A stretch of DNA of 64,000 nt from Eledone cirrhosa (taxonomy: Eukaryota), in assembly GCA_964016885.1 (NCBI GenBank), contig OZ024746.1, positions 63,488,001 to 63,552,000 on the forward strand. Reading direction: 5' to 3'. The notes beneath the pieces are model-generated. The model was not told the origin of the DNA. It did no database searches and saw nothing but the letters and a program-made list of their open reading frames with translations. The stretch's first letter is position 1; each line of letters begins with the position of its first letter. The position numbers and the translations under genes are program-made. Below are positions 12,130 to 25,400 of this stretch, piece by piece.

Positions 12130-15100
12130 AGAGCAACAACATTAACTTCACCACTACCACCACCACTACCACTACAACCACCGTCTCTCCATCTATTATT
12201 GTTGGTTAATTTAACTTTTCCAAATTACAGAAAATTTTAAATTAAAAAAAAAAAGTGACTACTTACTGTTAAAAAAAAAAACAACAAAAGAATTAAACAG
12301 TAATTTCTGCAACTACTATTACTACTACTTCTACTACTTCTACTACTATTTGCTATTACTACTTCTACTACTTCTACGAGAAAAACAAACAAAAAAGGCT
12401 GTTACTATGGCAGCAACTCTACTTTCCACAACTGGTGGTGAAAAAAAGTTCTTGTTGCTCTGGCTTGATCTTATAAACAATAATGAATCTGACATCTGTT
12501 ACCAAGGTTACCTGTGTTTATAAAAGAATGCATTTTGTTCTCTGCTCACGCATACACGTGCACACACATAAACACACACACACCCATACACACATTCACA
12601 TTCACTCACACACACACACTGATAGGCATCCACAATTAACAACTAATTTCTGCTATTGTTAGTTTGATCCCCCCTCCCCTCCCAATCCCACCCTTTTCTT
12701 TTTCTATTTGTTGCCATTCTCTTCACACTTACACAAAGGCAACCCAGTTTTGTTAACCCTAATCTCTTCACGATTTTTCTTACCTCCCTTCATCTATAAT
12801 TTTTTTCCTTTTTCTCTCTCTTAAACACTGATAAATCTTTTCTTTAATCAGTTGCTCTTTTATGAACAGGCTAATTACAAAATCACCAATATGTTTTCCA
12901 TCCTGCCCCTCCCTCCTCAGTACTGATACAACCTCTGTTCAGTGGTTTATCATTGGTCTTGCTAGCTTGACAGATAATTAGTTGCTTTTGCTTTACTTTG
13001 TTTCCACTAACACTATCATTTAGAATAGTGTGTGTGCCTCTTCAAAATAATTATGTAGCCAGCTCTCTTAGAGAAAGACAGAGACATCAACAGACAGACA
13101 GGTGGTTATTTTAAACAATGCTTTTTTCCCCCCCTAAATCAATCAAATCTGTCCACATATTTCTTAGAAAACAAATATTTAATAATTAGATCTGAAGGAG
13201 GATTGTTTAAGTATTGTTTCTGATTATTGTCAGAACTTGTATACAACTTGGGTATTCCCCTGTGATATATATGCTATACTTCAAATATGAACATCTACAT
13301 CCATATACTTAAACACAAATATATACATACATTCACACAGATGGACATGTACTCTTATTATTGCAATCATATTCTTTTATATTACAGGAATACTTTAAGA
13401 TCAATCTTATATTAAAAACAGAAATTTAATGGAGAAAAAGACTGGATAAAATTATAACAGCTGATTTTATAAAAGAAAAAAAAAAAGAAAATTAAAAAAT
13501 AAAACTATGGGACTCCTCCTGCCTTGGACAAGTTTCTACCCCTCCTTTTTAATTTGCAGAAAATTGCAATAGCTTTGAACTGGAGCAATAAAATATCTTA
13601 ACATTTCAAAGACTTAGATGATTAGTTGAAAACATATTTATGCAATCAAATATCACAAGCAGAACAATTCAGCATTAAAATAATAACCGGCCAAATTATT
13701 ACCATCATAAACCACTTGGGTCAAGAAACTAAAAATATTCTGTTGGTAATGTTTTTGTTTTTATTTTTTATTTTTATTTTTTTTTGTCTTTGAACAATGA
13801 AACTAATGAAGGAAAAGAACTTTGATTGTGGCAGTGATGGATTGGGTGAGGTTTGAACATGTTATCGTTTGTTGACCAAACCTTTGACTTGTGACTACTG
13901 TAAATTGTGACCCTCATACATTCAGTATCCAAAAGATTAAGAAAGACTTTAAAAACAAAAAAAAAAAGAAGAAAAATGTTAGTGTAGGTCTCAGGTCTTG
14001 TGTGTAATCTCTAATATACAATACTTAGTGTGTGTTGATTTGTAGATCCAATGTCATGTTTGATAACATATAAAAAGAGTGGGGAGGAGAGTAAAAGAGA
14101 GAATTAACATGGGTTGAAGGAGGAGTATACATACTAGGTGGAGAGGCAGTGTGAGAGAGATAGGCAAAGGAACTCTATGCTGGAGCATGTGCACACATAC
14201 ACACAAGTAATTATCATCTACTGAGTATTTGTACTAAGTTAGGTTTTCTTTTCACCAGTTCTTTCTCTTTCACAAATGGAATATACATATATGAAAATAT
14301 ATATTCCTTTTCTCAGTTTCTTTCCTTTCCTTTTTCTTGCTGCTTTCTTTAAAACTGTGTAGTGTTTGAACGTGAGCAATATTGTGAATCATTTTAGCCA
14401 GATGCAGGCGTAGTGAATCATTCATTTATTTTTCTTGTATTTATTTGTTTATCTTTATTTGTTTACTTATTGTTACCCACAGTGGCAAACCTACACTCCC
14501 AAAATGACCCATCATATGGCTGGTAACACTTAGTGTATAAACAGTAATGCTGTTTACCTCATACATTGCTCTTTCCCCCCCCTGTTCCAAATTATTTCCA
14601 ACTACATTGAGGAAACCATTGAAAAGAGTATTTTGATACTTCTTTCCTGTGTACTTTTTTTTCTATAAGGAGCAAAAGGTAAGAAACTACATAAAGGTTT
14701 TACAATTCTAGTTCAGAGAAGAGTAAGCTTTTGAAAATTAACTAAAAAAAAAAACAGCATTACTTTCATATGAAGAAGGAAGAAAACAATCCAAACAAGA
14801 ATATGGACAATTGTAAGAATTGAAGAGAAATAACAAACTTTAATAAACAAAAGACTTCACATTGGAAAACTAAATTTAGTTCTCATTTTTGGGGGGGTTA
14901 ATCAGAACTGTTTTGGAAACTGCTTTTGGTGTTGAGTACAAAGTTTCAAATTGGAGTGTTTTAGTTCTTGTAGAATTAGCATATTTGGGCATGGAGTTGG
15001 AATGAAAATTTCAGAAAAAAAGAAGCCACATAGAAAACTAATGCTCTGGTTGTTCAGAGTTAGATGAAATAATGACTGGAAGGGTTTGAAACATGTTTTC

Positions 15101-18100
15101 TCAGTCATTGCAAAGTATCTTTTAAATGTTTTTTGACCTTTAAACTCTATTGCAGCCAATCCTTCCCATGTAAAAACAATCTTTGATTCTCTATATCTGA
15201 CATATTGTTATCCATTATAATTACTATTGTAATAATTATCATTATTGCTACTATTAGTACAAATTGTACAAGACCATCTCTGCCAGCAAAATAGTGATAC
15301 ATGAGCAATTTACTTGAGAAGCCAACAATTGTAATAAACAATTAAGCAAGGTAACCTCAGTTGTTAACTCCTTACTAGAGATATATGCCTGCATTTTGTT
15401 ACCTGTCTTGTCTCATATTTCAAAAGATGAACACTTTGCTGATTCAATTCACTCATCATTTAAAATCATTTTTATTGTATGCATATTTTAAAAATATTAT
15501 TTTCCTTAGTAATTTACCATTGTTTTGATACTCTCAACTATTTTATATTTTATGAAGTGTGTTTAAAAATGTAATTTTTCTTTCATTGTCATTATTCATT
15601 GAATGAATGTTGGGCAACCTCACATAGTAAGTTTTTGGACACTAATTACCACACTTAATCAGTGTCTTGGTTAAATTCACACTTCATGTATATTTTTGAA
15701 ATGAAAATATATCAAAAGTTTGAATGATTTTTAGTTTGTAAAATAGATGAAAGGCAAAACCATGTGACAAATTTTGGTTCGTAATTTTTTACCTCTAGAG
15801 ATTTCTTCAAAGATGATTTAGTAATAGCAGGTTATATCTCCCAATGGCAGAGATGTTAACATTGTTTTCCTGTAATATGTTTAACAAATTGTTCTCTGAA
15901 ACTTTCACTGTGTCGGGGTTAGTTCTGCTGATAAGCTGTCCAGACTGATCCAGAATGGTCAACATTTATTACAGTTAAGAATATGTTGAGTGTGAATGTA
16001 ATCTGACTTTATTACCAGGATCTAGCTGGAACATGAATGAGAACTAGCAAGCATCACTAGTGTTTTCTTGTTTGCTACAAAACATAAAAGTCATCTAGTA
16101 GTAATAATTTGAATTGGGATTGTTTGATTCTGTACAAGCAAGATTGCCATCAATAGAAACTTGTCAAATATTTACAGAAAGGATTTCATGTGTAGTCTAA
16201 TTTGAGTAAAATGATAAACAACAACTCAACATGGGGAGAAAATTAAGTTCAACCTAGCTGCTTATAAGACAACTATTAGGCTGTACTAAAAGCAAAGTGA
16301 TCAACATATAAGTTAAAAGTAAAGTGAAGCTTGTAATCTAGAATACTGAACAACTTTGATGGATGTGCAGTGTCTGTGAACAACAAAGCATGGATGAATT
16401 GAGAGGAAAGCTGGGTATAAGAAGCAGTGTGCATGTGAAGAGACTTATGAATATTTAATGATCATGGAAGATGATTACTGGGTAAAGAAGTGCCAGGAGA
16501 TCACAGTGGAAAGAAGCAGCAGTAGAGGAAGACATGGTTGGAGGTGGAAAGCGACAAGTGGAGAAATACTGTGCTGGGAAAAGTAGATGTATGAGCATGA
16601 ACGCCATGCAGGTGACTCAGATCTAGAAATGTGTTGGATAAATAATTACAGTTTTGTCTTCTTCAAAGACAATATATCTCTTATTTTGTTATATTGGTAA
16701 CAATACAAATATCACAAGTGCTAGAACACCAACTGGAAGAAAATTTGCAGTGAAGGAGACGGCTATAATTAACAAATGATTCCTATGTTAACTTTAAGAG
16801 AACACAAGCTGCAAGATGTTAGTGTTTGCAGTGGTTATTGACAAAGGATGTTGTATAGGACATTACTATGTACTTGTATGTCTTCACTGCAACTTCTACA
16901 CACGATGGTCAAATTTTGAGAGTAGATCAAACGATTTTACAATTTTCTGATAGTTGGGCATGGTTGTGGTTAACTCATTTTATTCTTCTAAATCAGGGGT
17001 TTCAAACATGCAGCTTGCAAACTGCATTTCTATCGCCCATGGTAAAACAATGATGCAGACTAGCCACTTCCGAAACAATCTGACCAAATTGGCATATTAA
17101 CTTTTAATATCCTGTAATGAATTTGCAGACAATATCTGAAACAGTCAGTTAATTCGAATGTTTATAGTAGTTTTAATAGTAGACAGATTATGATAATGTC
17201 TTTACGGTATTACAGTAAGGGCTAAATTTTTAATGTGATGCAGTCATAATACTATATTTTTTTTTCTTTCTACTTTTCAAGAATGCCTTGCTAATGTGGT
17301 TTCATGTGGTACATGTTATAAATAGTTAAACTTTGGTAAAACTGTTCTGAATTAGAATAAATTGAAGATGTGTTAATTGCAGTGTTGATAACTTTATGTT
17401 CCTTGATTCATACTTTTGTGAGAAGTGAACTGCTAGATAGAAAGATCAATGCAAGGCAGTTACTACTTTGAAATAGGCATGGTTAACCTTCTGGACGCTC
17501 CAGGCACATGTTGCCGATAAACTAATTCCCCCCCCCCCCCCCCTAATACATAATGTAGTATCAAGCGAAGCAATTCATAAAAATTTGTAGCGTGTTGAAG
17601 GTTAAAAAGTATCATCATCGTTTAACGTCTATCTTCTACGCTAGCATGGGTTTAGGTGGGAATTATCCCACTTAAGGCAAGATTGGTCGTCTCGCCCGTA
17701 TAGGACTGGATGCCCTTCCTAACACCAACCACGTTTAGTGTGGAATATATATATACATATAACACAAACTAGGAGGAAACCTGGGGAATAGTTTTTCTCC
17801 TGATGTCATAAGATGGTTTCCAATAAAACCTTAAAAATTAAAATTAATTATACCATTTACTATTTTAAAATAACACAATGCAGTCTTTATTTACTATATG
17901 TACTTGTATATAAATAACACCTTTTTTGTTCATAATATTTTGGCTTCAGCCATTGACCCGTATAAAAGTTGCATGTTTCTTTTCATAAATACTATATGAT
18001 TGTTTAAATAAAAAGAAAACATCTACAATAAAATAATCCCAATCATTGCCAATACAGTCTAGCAAATATATATGTATATGCTTGTTGGATCTGTGTCATT

Positions 18101-18695
18101 TCTGAAGAGTGTTCTAGTTGATTCAATTAATGGAACTGCCTGTTCATGAATATTTCACAGACGTGTACTCTTAATGTAGTTCTCATGGAGACTCAGCAGT
18201 ACACTGTGTAATATGGCTGACCCCCTTGAATTACAGGTACAACTCATTTTTGCCAGCTGTGTGAACAGGAGCAATGAAAAAATAGTGGTCCTGGGAATCA
18301 AATCGTGATCATGAGCCAAATACCCTAACCACTGAGCCTTCAGACCCACATCATTTAATGCTGCTAGGAGTATATATAGCATTCATGCGAAATGTTATCA
18401 ATGTATATTGCTTTATAACTGATATTCATAAAGAGTAAATATAAACATGACCAATCGACTCTACATACTCAATCATTTGTGTGTCTGTTTCAAAGCTAAT
18501 GATTGCTGCAAATTTCTCTAGAAAAGTTAAACATGGTTTTTTGCACTTGATTTTTTTTTTTTTTTTTTTTCCTTAGTAAAAAGAATGCAACTTATCTACA
18601 AGTAAATACAGAAATTTATATATTCCATCTTATTTAAAATAGCACAGTTACTTTCTTTCATAACAGAACTCATAGTTCCCATATCTCCTCTAAAT

Positions 18696-19078
18696 CAGGG
18701 GTCTCAAACTATTTTTCTATGGCTTACAGCAGAACAATTTTGTTTTCCCTATTTTAATATTTTTAATACATTTTATTGCAATTTACCCATGAAATACAAT
18801 AAAATTATAAAAAGGGAATTTATCATGAGTGAAAAAGGATAATTACCAAAAGTAAAAATGGAATTAAATAAATTTTGAATTGAATTAAATTTGTCCCCCT
18901 ACATTTTATACTAATTCACATATTCCACGTACTGTCATATGTGTATTAATTTTGAGAAGAAAACTGATCAGTTGTATTGCAGATTAGATTAACATTATAA
19001 CTGAAATTACTTCCCTCATCTCACTTTTGGCCCTCTGTGCCTCTTCCCCAGGATGTAATGGCCCGTTTGAGACCCCTG
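18696..19078. mobile_element. hAT-type MITE in the presumed TRPA1 3' UTR
   Basis: TIRs caggggtctcaaac / gtttgagacccctg; 8-bp TSD ctctaaat / ctctatat. Confidence 0.8.
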
Positions 19079-19155
19079 CTCTATATCTCTTCAATTTTTA
19101 TTCTTAATAGTAATCTTTCAAAATTCAAATGTTGAGATTATCAGTAATCAACATA

Positions 19156-19411
19156 TCAATTGTCTTTTTTCATATTTTTGTTCTGCTTGTAAGACAAGAC
19201 TGCTGTTCTCTTCAACAAATTATTGCGGACTAAATCAGATGACCATCCATTGACCACATGAGATTTATCTACCCCTGATTCACTGTCGCTCTCCACACTT
19301 GTATCAACACCTTCGTCTTTGTGGTCATCTTCTGTGCTAATATCCATCTTGCGAACAATAAGTCTAAGAAGCTCATAGTGTTTGTTGATGCTGTTAGTGA
19401 TATCTCGCAAC
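19156..19411 (-). CDS. TRPA1: TRPA1 last coding exon (LRDITNSINKHYELLRLIVRKMDISTEDDHKDEG..KDN*)
   Basis: ttctag| ... TGA; coiled coil and acidic cluster like human ELIKLIIQKMEIISETEDDD. Confidence 0.94.
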
Positions 19412-22400
19412 CTAGAAGGAAGGAACCAAAGAGTATTAGAAGGAAAAAAAATGATTGTAGGAATTCAACAATTATGGGATATATATATATGTATGTATGT
19501 GTGTGTGTATTTATAAAGAGAGAACTGACATTAAACGATGATTATATGTATATTTAGCAATATTTGTAGATCATCATCTTCCATGCTAGCATGGGTTGGA
19601 CGGTTTTGTCCCACTTGAGGCAAGATTGGTCGGGAGACCATGTCTTGCTCGTACAGAACTTTCTGACAGGTTTTTTATGGCTGGATGTCTTTCCTAACAT
19701 CAACCAACATTTACAGTATGGACTGAGTGCTTTTTGTTGTGTCACCTACATGACCACTTGACAGTGGGGTGAGGTGTATATTGGGTTAAGAGGTGCCTAC
19801 TGACTAGATGTGAAAAAGGAAAATTGCTCAATCGAGAAGAGAAGAGAAATATATTCATATATGTTCATACACAAAAGAAAAGTGTTTGCTACCCAAGGTT
19901 TCAAGGTAGAATATGACCATACATCCAGAAAACGAGGCATAAAAATTGACTTTTCTTCAGGTGCTAATATGAGTATTAGTGCCTGAAGAAAGGTTTTCTA
20001 GAGGTATGGTCAAATTTGGGCCTTGAAACCTTTGGTAGCACCTTTATTCCATGTATGAACATATATAGATGATATAATCTATATTATAAGAGCCTTATCT
20101 GTCTGTCCATCTGTGGCGTTCACAGATGGACAGACAGAAGGGGGTGGTTTTTATAAGAATATGGATATACATCTGGAAAGTTCCTCTTCAAAGGACAGTT
20201 CTGGGCTGTTTTATTTTTATGAAAGACAAGCAGTTGTTGCCTGCAAATCTCATCTCTCCATACCATTGATCTTGACCAAGGGAAAATAAGAAGACTGGTT
20301 CAATTTGCTACCAGAAGGCATCAAGTTTACTACTGTCCTAGTAATGCTGCATTCCACTATAGATTGCTACCAGTACATAACAACCACTGAAATATTGAAT
20401 GGTCAAGTTAACCTCAAAGGGAGTCTTGATGGTTATATTTGGATGTCCTACTTGGTGTTTTGCATCTGGTGACCAGAGAAGCAGGCTCATCATGTCGGGA
20501 AACATTCTACTAATCCATCACCCTATTATCATCATCCTTATTTTATATCTACTCTCACCACCTTCACCCATGAAAAACATGGGCAGAGGTGGTGAGAGTT
20601 GACCTTAGATAACTGAAGCTCGCAGAGATGATGATGAATGGAGAGATGCTGTGCTGAAAAGGACACGTCCTACCCTTCCAAGCAAGGAAAAGCGGACGTA
20701 AAATGATGATGATGATGCTTTCCATAGTGGCATGAGTTGGATAGGTTATTACAGCCTGAGTCAGTTTTTATTTTGAGTTACTACACTCTTGATGAGTCTG
20801 AGGCCAAGTCTTTGGAATGGTTTCTATGTTTCAGTACCCTTTCTAACACCAAACACTTTATAGAATGTACTGAGTGTATTTTGTCATGACACCAGCACTA
20901 GAAAGCAGAAAGACTAAAGGTACCTTTCTGTTTGTTCAACCCCAGTATTTGACTGGTATTTTATTTTATCAACCTTGGAAGGATTAAGTGCAAAGTTGAT
21001 CTTGACAAGATTTGAACAGAATGTAAAGAGCCAGAACAGATACCACAATGGCATTTTATCTGATGCTCTACCAACCTACCACTCTTATAATCATAATGGT
21101 TTCTGATTTAGGTACAATGCCAACAATTTGGGGGAGGGGAAAGTTGATTAAATCAACGACATTGTGTTACTGGGTGCTTTATTTTCTCGACCCTGTAAGG
21201 TAAAACTAACTTCGGCAGAACATAAAGGGACGTAACTATATGCTGTAAAGCTTCTGCCAATCAATTACAATTAAAATACCTTTTCTTTTGTTGGTGCATT
21301 TCATCATAAAGGTAAGCATTCTGTGCAATTGACCGACCCAGGCTGGCTAATTTAGCATCCAATTGGCCTGCATCTGCATCTTCATTCACAATTTTCTAAA
21401 AGAAAAAGAAAATAGTTTTATCTTAGTGAATTCATTGTTATCTTTAAACCTTTAAACAACAGTACTTGTTGTTATTAACCCTTTTTATACCAAACTGGCA
21501 GAAATCACTCTGGATTTATGATATCATTTAAGATGCTTATTTAAAAATATTTATTCTTATATTAAAACCTTTCATCATAATTTTATTTTAGAAATTTTAA
21601 AAATAAATCTTACTAATGAAAAACTTAGTTATTTTATTAAATTTCTCCAAATGTTTGATCATTTTTCAAAATTAATTGAAATATACAGGTAATATATTTC
21701 TGTAGAGATACAGTAATGAAAAGGTTTCATGATATAAAGGATGTGGCTGTAACTGGTCGCTCAAACTGATGTTAAGGTATTATTCTCAAAATAAATACTA
21801 TCAAAATCTCATAGATTCGATATTATATGAGGTAAAGCCTTTACCATGAAAATACAATAGTATATATAGACTAATGTGAATGCTAAAGGGTTAAGTAAGT
21901 AAATATACTCCATTAGAATATGATGAAGAGAAAATAAAGGTTTAAACAATATGGCAAATGGGGAGGTGACAGAAAACCTAAGCTCTTTGTTGAGTCCTCA
22001 ACCTACTGGTTGATAGTATCACCATTGAAGTAATATATCTTCACATCAACTTGGTGAGTTTTTCATCACTGAACTTAATGGACTTCTAAATGGGTTGGTA
22101 ACAAAAAAAGTAAAAGTAAAAGTAAGCCCACCAGTCTGTTGGGATAGATACGGTAAACCATTTTATTGACTTTCTGAATAAATCGGCGAGGCAGTTTACT
22201 TTCCAAATCAGCATGTAGTTCTACCTGTAAAATAGATTCAGAAATATTTACTTAATCAAATCATTAACCATGCGAAACAGGAGATAGAAAACATGATTTT
22301 TTGAACACTTTGGATACCAACTTGCCACCAAACCACCCATCTTAAAGGGTTCTTACTTAAACTAAAACCTCCCAACATGTATTTTTACCATTTGTTAAGT

Positions 22401-25400
22401 TATGTTACTAATACCATCTTAATAATGAAATAATAAATAATTTGAGTGAAAGTGGTGGTGGTGGTGGTGCAGAAGTATTGTGGAAGTGATAGTGAAGTGT
22501 TATAGAAGTGGAAAAAGGCTATAAATAATTTTTGCATTGTAATTCTCTCTCTCTTTATATATATATATGGTACAGTCCTATACGAGCAAGACACGGTCAC
22601 CCGACCAATCTTGCCCCAAGTGGGACAATTTCCGTCTAACCCATGCTAGCGTGGAAGATACATGTTAAACGATGATGATGATCATGAATGATATATACGC
22701 ACATATATATGAAAAGATTCAGGACCCCGACAGCTGAGCTCCGGCTGTTTTGACAGCTAGATCTGAACTATTACTCCAAGTATCGAGTAGTGTGGTGGGA
22801 TATGGTCTAGCTGGTTTTTACCACACCCTATCTGATATATACATACATATATGTGTTTGTGTATGTATATATGCATGTCTGTGCATAATGTATATATATA
22901 TATATATATTAAGAATGTAGGATTTAATTAAGAATGTAGGATTTAATTAAGAATGTAGGATTTAATTAAGAATGTAGGATTCACATGCAGCAGCTGTGCT
23001 GAAACAGCAAGCAGCAAACAGCCACAGGAAACAAGTACCACCAATCTCTGGGAGGGCCCTATAGAAACAGTAGACAGCTTCTGCTACCTAGGTGACCGAA
23101 TTAGCAACGGAGGTGGGTGTTCAGAAAGTACAATAACTAGGGTAAGAACGGGATAGAAGAAGTTTAGGGAACTACTACCACTGCTAGCTGCAAAAGGCTT
23201 CTCCCTCAGAATGAAAGGCAGACTATGATGCGTGTATCCGAACAGCGATGTTGCATGGTAGTGAGACCTGGGCGCTGAAGGTGGAAGACTTACGTAGATT
23301 AGAGAGAAACGAAGCCTGCATGCTCCGATGGATGTGTAACAGTAATATACGTGAACAACAAAGCATAAATGAATTGAGAGAGAGACTGAGCATAAGAGGA
23401 ATCAAATGCTGTGTGCAGGAGAGGCGGTTGCGCTGGTATGGACATGTGATGCGTATGAAGGATGACAGCTGCATAAAAAGGTGCAGAGCACTAGAAGTTG
23501 ATGGAAACCGCGGAGTGGGGAGACCCAAGATGACCTGGGATGAGGTGATAAAAACCGACCTTACCCAATTACACCTCTCAAAGACAATGACACACGACCG
23601 TGACTTCTGGCGTCACGCAGTAATACAGAGTACCCGACCTCCCATGGGTACATGCTGAAGCATATAAACAATATGCCCCCACACACCCCACCGCAAGGTG
23701 GTCGTGGAGGTACCACGGCAAAAAAGCACCCAGCCCACACTGTAAAGTGGAAGTGTAGGCGCCACGAAAAAGCACCCAGCACTCACTGTAAATGAGGTTG
23801 GTGTTAGGAAGGGCATCCAGCTGTAGAAATCAAGCCAGATCAGTTCCTGTATGAGCAAGGCATGGTCAGCCGACCAGACACTGCACACAACAGGACAACC
23901 CGTCTAACCCATGCTAGCGTGGAAGAACGGACGTAAAACGGTGATGATGATGATGATGATGATATACATAGATGGTGCTATTAAGTTAGACATGGCCTGG
24001 GCTAATACTGGCTGAAACCTATCAAAGTTATATACACACACACATATATATATAAATATACATATATGTGTGTATATATACATAAAGAATATATTTCTAC
24101 CCTTTCTGTATTACTAAATAATTGTGTGTGTAATGCATTTGAGAGAAGAGGTGAGAGAGGGAGAGAGAGAAATTAAGAGAATAAATCAGGCATATAAAAA
24201 TATTAGCGTTGAATGTCAGAAAAGATTAATTAATGCAAGTATATAGAATAACAAGGGAGTTGCAGAAATATATAAAAGTGACCCAGTTAATGTTACTAAT
24301 GAAATAACACGGATAGGGTGGGGGGTATTTGAGTGATGTGGGGACTTCAGATAACGTAATATCAATAAATTTGCATAACCTAGATTTGGGGGAAAAAAGA
24401 TATTCCCCAGAAGATAGATAAAAAAAATTTGATAAAGTCTTTATTTATTTCTATAACTTATTTACTTAGTAGATATATACACAAGTGAAGGTGTGTGGCT
24501 GAGTAGAATTGGATTTGCAATCGTGAGGTTGTGAGTTTGATTCCTGGACCGGGTGATGAATTATGTCCTTGAGCAAGACACTTTATTTCACGTTGCACCT
24601 TCTGCCTAGATTTGCGACTGATAGATAGTATTAGCAAAGACCAAATCTTGTCAATGAATTGTCGATATATACACAAAATCACATACGCAGATATATATTA
24701 AAGATTTGCACACATAATCAGGCGTGAAATATAGAGCCAAATATTATATATTTTTTGTGCTTTACTTGCTCAACTGCAGATCAGCCCTCACTGAGAAGAC
24801 CTATATTCTAAGACTGTGACCATCCTGTCTTATTTTATGAAGGTAGGATGTAATTTGAAGGTAAATTTAGCTGCTATTTCTAGCAGTTCACACTACCATG
24901 CAGGCTCCTTCATTGGGTTGTTTTTTTACTCAATTGTATCCAGTGATAGCTCCAATCTAAGACATTCCAACTGTGACCATCCTGTCTTATTTTATGAAGG
25001 TAGGATGTAATTTGAAGGTAAATTTAGCTGCTATTTCTAGCAGTTCACACTACCATGCAGAGGCTCCTTCATTGGGTTGTCTTTTACTCAATTGTATCCA
25101 GTGATAGTTCCATTGACTACGAAAGATTAAGTAATGTGAATTTGAAGCTGTCTGTCAATCCTATATTCCTACAGAACCTTCCACAACAGGTCCCATGGAA
25201 TGTAGTTGTCTGCCTTTTTGAAGTCCATGAAACAAAAATACACCTCTTGGCAATACTTCCATGATTTCTGAGAGACCTGCTGTTGAGTGAATATTTCGGT
25301 GACTGTGCTACATCTGGAGGAGAAACAACATTGTTTTATCAGATAACTTGGACTTGACAATATCCCTACATCTCTTTGCCAGACACTTAGTATAGACTTT

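Noticed and set aside
24800-25112. ~157-bp tandem duplication (others at 4997-5345 and 51765-52010)
   Set aside because: Ordinary local duplications of repeat-derived sequence with no coding or structural signal.
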